A stretch of DNA of 64,000 bases, from contig CAWCLJ010000004.1 in assembly GCA_963796365.1 (NCBI GenBank), positions 1,354,519 through 1,418,518 on the forward strand. Direction: 5' to 3'. Source of the DNA: an uncultured Chloroflexia bacterium. GTDB lineage: Bacteria; Chloroflexota; Dehalococcoidia; Dehalococcoidales; RBG-16-60-22. Each line of letters opens with the position of its first letter. Position 1 is the stretch's first letter. The notes beneath the pieces were generated by a model. The model had not been told where the DNA came from. It searched no databases and saw only the letters and a list, made by a program, of their open reading frames with translations. Made by a program: the position numbers and the translations under genes. Below are positions 47,005 to 56,636 of this stretch, piece after piece.

Positions 47005-47988
47005 TTAAACTCTGATGCAGGCCACAAAATGCCCGTTACCGACATCGCGTAAAGGGGGTCTGGCTTGAGCACATTCCGGTATCGCCATACTGCAGCGCGG
47101 GTGGAAATGACAGCCGGGAGGGGGCATGACCGGACTTGGTACTTCACCTTTAAGGACAATACGCTGACGGGTCTTTTCCGCTATGGGGTCGGGGATGGGA
47201 ATAGCGGAAAGCAAAGCTTTAGTATAAGGGTGCAGCGGATTTTCATAAAGGTCCATGGAGTCGGATAATTCCATAATGCGCCCCAGGTACATCACGGCGA
47301 CACGGTCGCTGATATGCTGCACTACTGCCAGGTCATGGGCGATAAAAAGATAAGTCAGCCCCAGTTTTGTCTGGAGTTCTTCCAGCAGGTTAATAATCTG
47401 GGCCTGGATGGAGACATCGAGGGCGGAAATAGGCTCATCGCAAACTACCAATGAAGGGCTGCAGGCCAGGGCGCGCGCCACGCCGATACGCTGGCGCTGA
47501 CCGCCGCTGAACTCATGCGGGACGCGGTCCATCATGCTGGGGTCCAGACCGACCAGCTTGAATAAATCGGCCACCTTATTACGGAGGTCCTTCCCAGTGG
47601 CCATATTGTGTATTTTCAAGGGGTCTCCCACGATATTCCCGGCGGTCTGCCGCGGATTGAGCGACCCGAAAGGGTCCTGGAAAATGACACCCATATTGCG
47701 GCGTAAATCTTTTAACTTATGTTCAGGCATCATGGAGATATCATTTCCATTAAAAAAAATACTGCCAGACGTGGGATTATAAAGACGCAAAATACAACGG
47801 CCGGTAGTAGTCTTGCCGCAGCCGCTTTCGCCCACCAGCCCGAGCGTCTCATTTTTTTTAATGATAAAGCTAATTTCATCTACGGCCTTCACATCTCCGA
47901 CTTTTTTCCGGAATAGTCCCCGTGTAATGGGGAAATACATCTTAAGGTCTTTAACATCAACCATCACGTTATTATCTGATGTTGTCAT
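47005..47988 (-). CDS. Oligopeptide ABC transporter ATP-binding protein (OppF-like)
   Basis: GESGCGKTT, FSGGQRQR, VCDEPISALD. The start MTTSDNN at 47988 overlaps the upstream stop (TAATG). Confidence 0.88.
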   Translation of the reverse strand: MTTSDNNVMVDVKDLKMYFPITRGLFRKKVGDVKAVDEISFIIKKNETLGLVGESGCGKTTTGRCILRLYNPTSGSIFFNGNDISMMPEHKLKDLRRNMGVIFQDPFGSLNPRQTAGNIVGDPLKIHNMATGKDLRNKVADLFKLVGLDPSMMDRVPHEFSGGQRQRIGVARALACSPSLVVCDEPISALDVSIQAQIINLLEELQTKLGLTYLFIAHDLAVVQHISDRVAVMYLGRIMELSDSMDLYENPLHPYTKALLSAIPIPDPIAEKTRQRIVLKGEVPSPVMPPPGCHFHPRCSMAIPECAQARPPLRDVGNGHFVACIRV

Positions 47989-48974
47989 TACTTCCCCTTT
48001 TTGTCTGCAAAGCAGGCTACGTAATGCTGCTCGCCCACGGCGCGTAATGCCGGCCAGGGTTCTTTGAGGCATCTTTCGACCTTGCGGGTACACCTGGGCA
48101 GGAAAGCGCAGGTTGGCGGCATATCGATAAGGTTTGGCGGCAGACCCTCGATAGGTACCAGTTTTCTCGTGCCGTGCCTTTCACCCAGCTTGGGTACGCT
48201 GTTTAACAGGCCGATGGTATAAGGGTGCTGCGGGCGTTCAAAAATATCTTCAGAAAGGCCGGACTCGATAATACGGCCGGAATACATGACGTAAATTCTC
48301 TGGGCATAGCGGGCTACTACCCCCAGGTTATGGGTGACGATAACCAGCGATGCATGGTGCTGTGTGACCAGGTCTTTCATCAGCTCCAGAAGCTGTGCCT
48401 GGGTGGTCACATCCACGGCGGTGGTAGGTTCATCGGCAAAGATTATCTCCGGGTTGCAGGAAAGCGCCATGGCAATCATGACGCTCTGGCGCATGCCGCC
48501 GCTAAACTGGTGCGGGTAATCATCGATGCGGCTGGGCGCATCCGGCACGCCGACCATCCGTAAAAGCTCGATGGCCCTTTCTCTGGAAGCATGTTTATCC
48601 ATCTTGAGATGGAGTTCCAGCGTTTCCGTCACCTGGCGGGCAATGGTCAATACCGGGTTCAGCGAGGTCATTGGCTCCTGGAATATCATCGTCATTTTGC
48701 CGCCGCGGATGGAGCGCATTTCCGGGCCGTTGGCTTCGAGCTTACGCAGGTCCTGCCCATCGAAGATGATGGTGCCGTCCACGATTTCACCCGGCGATTG
48801 TATCAATTGCATCACGGAAAGAATACTGACGGATTTACCGCAGCCGCTTTCGCCTACCAGCCCGATAATTTCACCCTGGTTGACATGGAAAGAGACGCCA
48901 TCCGCCGCTTTGACCAGGCCGTATTCCGTTTTAAAATAGGTCTTGAGGTTTGTTACTTCCAATATACCTGCCAT
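47988..48974 (-). CDS. Oligopeptide ABC transporter ATP-binding protein (OppD-like)
   Basis: [27 protein letters not shown], with a C-terminal oligopeptide-type extension. Confidence 0.9.
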   Translation of the reverse strand: MAGILEVTNLKTYFKTEYGLVKAADGVSFHVNQGEIIGLVGESGCGKSVSILSVMQLIQSPGEIVDGTIIFDGQDLRKLEANGPEMRSIRGGKMTMIFQEPMTSLNPVLTIARQVTETLELHLKMDKHASRERAIELLRMVGVPDAPSRIDDYPHQFSGGMRQSVMIAMALSCNPEIIFADEPTTAVDVTTQAQLLELMKDLVTQHHASLVIVTHNLGVVARYAQRIYVMYSGRIIESGLSEDIFERPQHPYTIGLLNSVPKLGERHGTRKLVPIEGLPPNLIDMPPTCAFLPRCTRKVERCLKEPWPALRAVGEQHYVACFADKKGK

Positions 48975-49006
48975 AATACCATCCTCATATTAATGGTGTA
49001 ACATTC

Positions 49007-49921
49007 TTATAAAACACCCCTTAGTTTCGGGTCAATAGCGTCTCTGATGCCGTCGCCGACCATATTAAATCCGTATACCAGGATCATAATAGCCACTCCG
49101 GGGGCTATGGCAAGCAAAGGATTGGTTAAGAGTTGAGACTGGCCATCCATGACCATATTGCCCCAGGAGGGAGTGGGAGCCTGGATACCGATGCCCAGGT
49201 AGCTTAGGCCGGCTTCCCCCAGCACGATACCGCCGATGGCCATCGTTAAACCGACGATTAAAGGAGGGAAGGCATTAGGAAAGATTTGTGTCAGCATGAT
49301 ACGCCAGTTACTCATACCGACAGCCTTGCCTGCCAGGACGTAATCATTCTGTTTCACGCTTAATGCCTGGCCGCACATCATACGTGCCATACCAGGGATG
49401 TTGCCGAAGCCGAGGGCAAAGATGACGACCCAGATACTCCTGGCGGTGGACAGACCGGCGATCAGCATCATCAGGATGATGCTGGGTAAGGCCATCAATA
49501 CATCAACAATTCTCATGATGACCGTGAAAACCCAGCCGCCGAAGTGCGCTGCCGCAAGGCCAAGCAAAATCCCGATGATGGAGGAACCGAAGACCGCAAT
49601 GAAGCTAACCTCAAGAGAAATCCGGGCGCCATAAACAATGCGGCTAAAGACATCTCTTCCGAGCTGGTCGGTGCCCAGCAAATGATGCACGGAAGGCCCC
49701 TTTAGCACAGCGTTTAAGTTGGTTTTTATAGGGTTATAAGGTGCTATCAAAGGCGCAAAAATTGCTAAGATTAAGATGAAGACGCACATGACAAAACCTA
49801 TTAAGTAGAGTTTGCGCCCGAAGAACACTCTCGTGAAACGGCGCCACTCGCTGTGGTGAGGTGGGGCTGCCGTCAGGTCAATAGTTTCAACGTTCGTGGT
49901 CGATACGGTTTTGTCTGCCAT
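49007..49921 (-). CDS. Oligopeptide ABC permease (OppC-like)
   Basis: 304 aa, paralogous to 17212-18108. Confidence 0.88.
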   Translation of the reverse strand: MADKTVSTTNVETIDLTAAPPHHSEWRRFTRVFFGRKLYLIGFVMCVFILILAIFAPLIAPYNPIKTNLNAVLKGPSVHHLLGTDQLGRDVFSRIVYGARISLEVSFIAVFGSSIIGILLGLAAAHFGGWVFTVIMRIVDVLMALPSIILMMLIAGLSTARSIWVVIFALGFGNIPGMARMMCGQALSVKQNDYVLAGKAVGMSNWRIMLTQIFPNAFPPLIVGLTMAIGGIVLGEAGLSYLGIGIQAPTPSWGNMVMDGQSQLLTNPLLAIAPGVAIMILVYGFNMVGDGIRDAIDPKLRGVL

Positions 49922-49930
49922 GTCAGCCTC

Positions 49931-50902
49931 CTAAGAATATCTGATCCTGGGGTCCAGCCAGCCCCAGGCTATGTCTACTGCTAAATTGGAAAAAATAACG
50001 ATAGCGCCGAAAATGAGAGCGGTTGCCTGCACTATCTGGTAATCGTAATTGAAAATGGCCTGCGTCATCAATAAGCCCATACCGGGAATATCGAAGACCG
50101 TTTCGATAAAGACCGAGCCTCCCAGAATCATGGCGATCGAACCGCCGAGAGCGGTAATGACCGGAATCATGGCATTTTTAATCTGGTGACGGACGACAAT
50201 GATACGCTCGCGCAAGCCCTTGGCCCAGGCGGTGCGGACATAGTCTGTCCGCATGACTTCGAGCATGCAGGAGCGCACCAGACGGGCCATACCGGCAATA
50301 CCACCCAGTGCTACCGATGCTACTGGCAATATCACGTGGCGGCAACTCCCCCAGAAATCTTGAAACGGATTGACCCATCCGAAGAGCGGAAGCCAGTGGA
50401 GTTTGTACCCGAAAATAAATATCAGCATGATACCGGCCCAGAATGTCGGTACTGTCATCCCGATGTTGGAGATTGAGGTAATGGTATTATCCAGCCATGA
50501 GCCCCTCCTCAGAGCGCAATAAATGCCGGCGAGGATACCTCCGAAGGTAGATATGATGAAAATGAGCAAGCCGATATATACTGTCCTCGGGATGCGGCTC
50601 ACCAAAAGTGATGAGACACTCTGCCCGACACTAATTGACTGGCCCAGATTGCCATGAAGAACTTGACCGATCCAGGTAACATACTGGGCGTAAATCGGCC
50701 TGTCCAATCCGTACTTGTGCATCAAAACTGTATGCTCCTGGGGAGTCATCACGCTCATCTGTCCGCCACTCATCCTGTAGTTGCCCATATAAACCATGAG
50801 AGGGTCTCCGGGCAACAGGCGAACGAGCAAAAACACCAGCATGGTGACGAAGAGAAGGATGAGTAAACCGATTAACACACGACGAACGATATAGGTTGTC
50901 AT
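49931..50902 (-). CDS. Oligopeptide ABC permease (OppB-like)
   Basis: 323 aa, paralogous to 18122-19081. Confidence 0.88.
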   Translation of the reverse strand: MTTYIVRRVLIGLLILLFVTMLVFLLVRLLPGDPLMVYMGNYRMSGGQMSVMTPQEHTVLMHKYGLDRPIYAQYVTWIGQVLHGNLGQSISVGQSVSSLLVSRIPRTVYIGLLIFIISTFGGILAGIYCALRRGSWLDNTITSISNIGMTVPTFWAGIMLIFIFGYKLHWLPLFGWVNPFQDFWGSCRHVILPVASVALGGIAGMARLVRSCMLEVMRTDYVRTAWAKGLRERIIVVRHQIKNAMIPVITALGGSIAMILGGSVFIETVFDIPGMGLLMTQAIFNYDYQIVQATALIFGAIVIFSNLAVDIAWGWLDPRIRYS

Positions 50903-51324
50903 GTCTGCTCTCCCTTAATTTAAGTCGATGGGCATCTGGTTGACGCAAAAGCACCGTTTAGCCGTTTTTTTTGTAATATACAGCAGCCTTTTCACAGTCG
51001 CTCTTAACTAATTTATCAATTAATTATCAGAACAAAAAAGGCAACGAGGGAGATATGTCAAATATTTCCTTCCGGCCACTCCTCCGGGCGGAAAATTTAA
51101 TTTTGCCAGAGTTTAGCACGAAACGTTAAGTATGTCAATTTTGCATCAAAGCTAAACCTGGCTATTGCGACTATATTATATTCATCATTTGAAAAATAAT
51201 CCAGTTGTGTTGCAAAAAATGAAAATTGGAATGTAAAATCAGGTATTTACTTAGGTCTGAAAAAAATGTCGCCGTTTGAGCTATACTAATTAGGAATGTA
51301 ATTCAGGAAGGAAAAGATGCGGTT

Positions 51325-53011
51325 ATGGAAAACAATTTCCTCTCTTATGAAGTTCTTAGCCCCTGGGCGGAAGCCGACCCTGTTCCGTTTAAAGGCATTA
51401 ACCCCCGGGTAGATAAGCTTGACGGCAAAAAAATCGGTTTATTTTGCAATACCAAGCGGGTGGCTGAGCCTGCTTTAAAGGTGGTTGAAAGCCGTTTAAA
51501 GAAAGCTTATCCTGCCGCAGGGACCAGCTGGTTTTTCAATATGGTGCCTAACGAAGCGATTATTGAACAGCCGCGGAAAGGTGAATTCGAAAGCTGGCTA
51601 AAGGGGGTGGACGCGGTCATTGCCGCTTACGGGGATTGAGGGTCCTGCACCAAGTACCTTGTGTACGACGCAGTTTCCATTGAAGACCGGCAGAAACCGG
51701 TTGTCGCGCTGGTGAATTACGGATTTATGAATGATGCCGAATCCGCTTCCCGCGCCAAGGGGATGCCAAATGTAAGAGTGGTATCTACCAAAGTCCCGTG
51801 TGAAAGCACGGTCATCGCCGATATTGAGGCCGGAATAGATGGAGCCTGGAACGATATTATTTCCGCTTTAACGCGCTCCCTCACCGCCGAAGAAAAGAAT
51901 CCCCGCGTAGAAAAAAAGGAAAAGCCGGAACGTATTATCTTTAAAGGCAGCCTGGAAGAGGTCAATCTCTTTTTCTACCGGCGCGGCTGGACGGACGGCC
52001 TGCCTGTCATCCCTCCCACTGAAGCAGCGGTCAAAGAAATGCTTACCGGCACGGACCTGCCCCCGGACCGCTTATTGGGTAAATTGCAGTCCCGCAATGG
52101 CAAGGCCACGGTAGAAAAAATCGCAATCAACGCCGTCATGGCCGGCTGCCTGCCCACCTATCTGCCGGTAATTATCGCCGGTACGTTAGACCTGATGAGA
52201 ATCGGAACCCGGTTTTGCCGGCTATACCACCTTTGGTTTCAGCACCGGCTCCTGGTCGCCCTTCTGGATTATCAACGGCCCGGTACGCAACGAGATTAAC
52301 GTCAATAACGGTTCCGGGGCCTTCAGCCCGGGCAATATCGCCAATGCCGCCATCGGCCGCGCCATGGGGTTGATAATTAAGAACATCGGCGGCGTGCGCA
52401 AGGGCATCGAGGACATGGGAGTGATGGGCAACCCCATGAAATATACGATGGTGATTGCGGAAAACGAGGAAGAAAGCCCGTGGGAGCCCCTGCACGTGGA
52501 GCTTGGTTATAAAAAAGAGGACAGCACTATCACCCTCTCTTTCCCGCAATCATACTTGCAGCATTACCCTGCGGGTACGGACCCGGCAAGCGTTTTGCAA
52601 TCAATTTTGGAAAACATGCCGCGCGGTATGCGTTATACGATCGTCATGAATCCGGCTTATGCCAGGAACTTTGCCCGTGAAGGTTTTACCAAGGAGACCA
52701 TTAAAAAATATATTGCGGAAAATAGACTTGTCCCGGCGACCCAGCTAAGACCGCAGGCTGTTATCTCCGGTCAGGGCGGGCCTGAAACGCGGCCTTCATC
52801 GCGGGAAGAAAATAAAATGGTACCGCTGATAAGAGACCCGCGTTTTATCAGGATCATCGTAGGTGGTGGACCGGGCGCGTTCGTGGCCCATCTCATCGGC
52901 GGCGGCGCTACTCCGGGCCAGAAGGAAATCCAGAAAATCGAGCTGCCGAAGAACTGGGCCAAACTGGTTGCCAAGTATAAGAATGTGGTGCCAAACTACA
53001 CAAAATACTGA
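51325..53011 (+). CDS. Candidate selenoprotein, paralog 1 (GD-U-GSC motif); needs TGA read-through at 51637-51639 and a +1 frame change near 52199-52210
   Basis: Track ORFs 51325-51639 and 51661-52299 are in the same frame across the TGA. ORF 52364-53011 continues the homology in the +1 frame. About 561 codons when joined, and colinear with paralog 2. Confidence 0.55.
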
Positions 53012-53189
53012 ACAATTTTTGCAACTAATAATTATTGGGCATAACATATAAATAATTACATGAAAGGGTATGGAAGTAACAAGTAGCAACCGTTCAAGTA
53101 ACAGGGAATGATTAAGGAGAGAGGGAGAAATAACCAAACATCTATTCACAATAACCAAATTCTCAGGCCCCGTCATTAAGAGCTCGCTG

Positions 53190-53755
53190 GATACCCCCCA
53201 GCTAGGCTGGGGGGAGGAAAGCGAGTTCGCCGAAGGCGAAGCGGTTGATAGGATAGGAAAATCGTGGTATAAAGGTGGGGTGGCAATAAGAAGGACGAAA
53301 CACGCGGTTTATGAGCTGAAGTATCACCTAGTCTGGGTACCGAAATACCGAGCGCATATATTGGGTGGGGAGGTAACCCAGTACTTAAAAGGAATCTTCA
53401 GGCAGATAGCCGAGGAGTATGATTTTCAAATAGAGGCGATGGAGGTAATGGCGGATCATGTACATGTATTTATCGAAGCGCCGCCATCGTACTCGCCATC
53501 AGAAATAGTGCAGGTGTTAAAGAGTATATCGGCAAAAGAAGTATTTAAGAAATACCCAAGGATGAGGAAAATAATGTGGAGTGGGAAGATGTGGAACGAG
53601 GGTTATTATGTTAGGAGTGTGGGGGATAAAGTAACGAGTGAAGTGATCAAGAAATATATCAAATATCAGAAATATGAAGATAAAGACAGTCAGTTAAGGA
53701 TGTTCGAAAAGGGGTAGGGAAGGGAGAAGCCCCCCAGCTCTGCTGGGGGGTACGT
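53190..53755 (+). mobile_element. IS200/IS605-family element (tnpA only)
   Basis: Flanking hairpins ccccccagctaggctgggggg (53194-53214) and ccccccagctctgctgggggg (53730-53750) bracket tnpA. The boundaries are approximate. Confidence 0.8.
53280..53717 (+). CDS. tnpA: IS200/IS605 family Y1 (HUH) transposase TnpA
   Basis: 145 aa. YELKYHLVWVPKYR, HVHVFIEAPP (HUH), GYYVRSVG. Confidence 0.92.
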   Translation: MAIRRTKHAVYELKYHLVWVPKYRAHILGGEVTQYLKGIFRQIAEEYDFQIEAMEVMADHVHVFIEAPPSYSPSEIVQVLKSISAKEVFKKYPRMRKIMWSGKMWNEGYYVRSVGDKVTSEVIKKYIKYQKYEDKDSQLRMFEKG

Positions 53756-53779
53756 CACTCCCGATCTAGTCGGGAATCC
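53754..53779 (-). repeat. Repeat family C mini-hairpin (inverted)
   Basis: gtcactcccgatctagtcgggaatcc. Confidence 0.55.
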
Positions 53780-53815
53780 AACAGGGTTAGGCAGAAAATG
53801 ATTGGACTCATTGTT

Positions 53816-53864
53816 GGATTCCTGCCGGAGTTTATACTGAGCGAAGCGAATGTGCAGTAATGAT
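53816..53864 (+). repeat. Repeat family B hairpin
   Basis: ggattcctgccggagtttatactgagcgaagcgaatgtgcagtaatgat. Confidence 0.7.
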
Positions 53865-53963
53865 GTTTCGATTGGTTATTATTTTATTAACCCATTTCTC
53901 ACTTCCTTGATACTTGCTACTTGGTAATTGATACTTTTACTAATCATAAGGAGGTTATGTTTT

Positions 53964-55635
53964 ATGGACCAGAAAAACACGGCTTATGAAGTATTAAGCC
54001 CCTGGGCGGAAGCGGATCCCATTCCCTTGCACGGTCTTTCACCGCGGCTGGATAAACTGGACGGCAAGAAAATAGGCTTGTTGGCCAATAACAAGCGCGC
54101 CGCTCCCCTTATCCTGGATGTCACGGAAAAACTGCTCAAGCAAAAGTTCTCCGGCGTGCAGACCAGCCGGTTCCGGGCCCGCTCTTTTTCCGTATCATCA
54201 CTGGAAAAGGACCGCGAGGCGGAGTTTAATGAATGGATTAATGGGGTGGATGCGGTTATCGCCGCCGTCGGGGACTGAGGGGCATGCACCAAGTACCTTG
54301 TGTACGATGCAATTTATATCGAGGGCAAAGGCAAGCCCGCTTCAACCTATATTTTTGAGCATTTCTACAATGACGCCATGTCCGCTGCTTCCAGCAAGGG
54401 CATGCCGGTCATCCGGGTCGTCAAGGAAAAAGTAGTTTCCGAATGTACGGTGATGGCCGAGCTTGAACCGGCTATTACCGCGGTCTTCACTGAAGTTATC
54501 GATGTTTTAACGAAACCTCTCACCGCCGAGGAAAAAGCCCCGAAGCGGAAAGAGCCGGAAAACCCGCCTCGGCTGATTTTCAAGGGTAACCTTGCAGAAG
54601 TCAACGAGTTTTTCTATCGTCGGGGCTGGACGGACGGCTTGCCTATCATCCCGCCCACCGAGGAAGCGGTTAAAGAAATGATGGCCAGCACGGATTTCCC
54701 GGCCGACTACCTGGTGACAAAGCTTGAGCCGCGTATGGGCAAAGCTACTGTCGAACGTATCGCTATCAATGCGGTGATGGCCGGATGTTTGCCGACTTAT
54801 ATGCCGCTGTTAATTGCCGGCGTGCAGGCGCTTGGGGCTAATGCCGGCCCCGGTATGATGGCGGCGAGCACCGGCTCCTGGGCGCCCTTCTGGCTGATTA
54901 ACGGCCCGGCTTCCCGAGATCTTAAATTTCCGTTCTACCTACGGCGCATCCAGCCCCGGCGACATCGCCAATGCTGCCTTCGGGCGTGCCATGGGGCTGA
55001 TAACCAAAAACATCCGCGGCATCCGCAAGCAAATCGAGGACATGGGCGTCCTCGGTAACCCGGGGAAATTCTCCTTTGTCGCGGCGGAAAACGAGGAAAA
55101 CAGCCCGTGGGAGCCTAACCACGTGGACCACGGCTTTAAGAAGGAAGACAGTACCGTCACCCTGATGTTCCCTAATACCTACCAGCAGATGATGCCCTTC
55201 GGGACGGATGATAAAGGTATCCTCGGCACCATCATCGGCAGCATTTTCCCCGCCCGCATCGGCGGTTTTGTCGCGATATTAACGCCCAACAACGCCCAGG
55301 CATTAGCCAGGCGCGGCTGGAGTAAGCGAAAGGTCAAAGATTATATTGTGGAAAATGCCATCGTCCCGGACGATTATTACAGCCGACTGGGACTGGATGC
55401 CAGGGAGATTGTCGGTAAAGGGGTCATGACGCCGGAGGATTTCAAACGTATCTTTATCCCCTCCAAAAACGACCCCGACCCGGTGCAGGTCTTTGTTTAC
55501 GGCGGGTTCGGCTCCTGGGTAGGACTGGCGCAGGGCGGCGGGGCGCCGATTGTTAAAAAAGCGGAGCTGCCGAAAAACTGGGTTAAACTGGTAGCCAAAT
55601 ACAAGAACGTTGTCCCGAATTACGTGCGGTATTAG
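53964..55635 (+). CDS. Candidate selenoprotein, paralog 2 (GD-U-GAC motif); needs TGA read-through at 54276-54278 and a +1 frame change near 54913-54921
   Basis: AAGGAGG lies 9 nt upstream of the ATG at 53964. ORFs 53928-54278 and 54300-55058 share a frame across the TGA, and ORF 54991-55635 continues in the +1 frame. About 556 codons when joined. Confidence 0.55.
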
Positions 55636-55759
55636 GACGTAGGGCACAGTCTATAGTACACAGTTTACAGCAGGGGCGGGTCATAGACCCGCCCTTTTTT
55701 TATCATCCCCGGGAAAGCAGGGAACCATCAAACGGGCAAATAATAGTTGATTCCATGGA

Positions 55760-55786
55760 TGGATTCTCGATTGGATCGGGAATGAC
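55760..55786 (+). repeat. Repeat family C mini-hairpin
   Basis: ggattctcgattggatcgggaatgaca. Confidence 0.6.
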
Positions 55787-55882
55787 AAATTTAGAGTTGG
55801 TTATTATATTTTAGTATTCTGTATTTTCCTCTTCTCTTCTCTTACCCCTCCTCCTTCATCCCTCATCCTCAACCGTTCAGTA

Positions 55883-55911
55883 TTGACAAAACGTATTGAA
55901 AATATTATAAT
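55883..55911 (+). promoter_or_regulatory. Consensus sigma70-type promoter TTGACA-17-TATAAT
   Basis: TTGACA 55883-55888, TATAAT 55906-55911, upstream of the GbsR/MarR gene. Confidence 0.6.
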
Positions 55912-55937
55912 AATAGATAAAGGCGGATGGTGATGGA

Positions 55938-56408
55938 ATGGTGAGTATTTCTGATAAGGAACGCAGCTTTATCGAGGATGTAGGGGTAGTATTCGAGCAG
56001 ACAGGCCTTCCCCGTATGGCCGGTCGGCTTTTTGGTTGGCTTCTTATCTCCGACCCTCCCTACCAGTCCCGCTCGGAACTCGCCGAAGTGCTGCAGGCCA
56101 GCAAGGGTTCGATAAGCACGACCGTCAGATTACTTACGCAGTCCGGCTTTATCGAAAGATATGTTATTCCCGGCTCCCGCCACGACCATTTCCACCTGGC
56201 GCCGGATGCCATTAGAAAAATTATCAGACACGGTCTGGACCAGGAAATCAAGCATTTTAAGACCCTCTCCGAGCGCGGCCTGGAAATGATGAAGTCCCTG
56301 CCCCCAAAACGCAAGACCTGGCTGAATGAGATGCACAGCCGCTACAGCTACCTGGAAAAGACTTTCCCGACCCTCATGGAAAAGTACGAGAAAGAAAAAG
56401 GCCAGTAG
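55938..56408 (+). CDS. GbsR/MarR-family winged-helix transcriptional regulator
   Basis: 156 aa. FIEDVGVVFEQTGLPRMAGRLFGWLLISDPP...SELAEVLQASKGSISTTVRLL. Confidence 0.72.
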   Translation: MVSISDKERSFIEDVGVVFEQTGLPRMAGRLFGWLLISDPPYQSRSELAEVLQASKGSISTTVRLLTQSGFIERYVIPGSRHDHFHLAPDAIRKIIRHGLDQEIKHFKTLSERGLEMMKSLPPKRKTWLNEMHSRYSYLEKTFPTLMEKYEKEKGQ

Positions 56409-56574
56409 CTCTTACTTTTTGCGGCTTTCTGATCATTTTAAAGCCGGTCGGCCTCCTGTATTTTTGTTTGAGCACCCCCGTAAGCTATCCCTGCATGCAG
56501 CGTACCCTCTTTTAAATTATGCGTTCAATGCGTTTATTCCCCGGATACAATCCAAATATTTAGTTAGTATAGTA

Positions 56575-56603
56575 TTGACAGAACATATTAAAAGTACTAT
56601 AAT
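56575..56603 (+). promoter_or_regulatory. Consensus sigma70-type promoter TTGACA-17-TATAAT, near-duplicate of 55883-55911
   Basis: TTGACA 56575-56580, TATAAT 56598-56603. The surrounding ~40 bp resemble the upstream promoter. Confidence 0.6.
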
Positions 56604-56636
56604 AATTAAAAAGATAGGTATAGGAGGGCAAAACAA

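Noticed and set aside
52196-52198. A second selenocysteine codon or programmed recoding signal at the TGA opening the +1 frame in paralog 1.
   Set aside because: This TGA is out of frame with respect to both the upstream and the downstream homologous reading frames. It only marks where the +1 frame becomes open.
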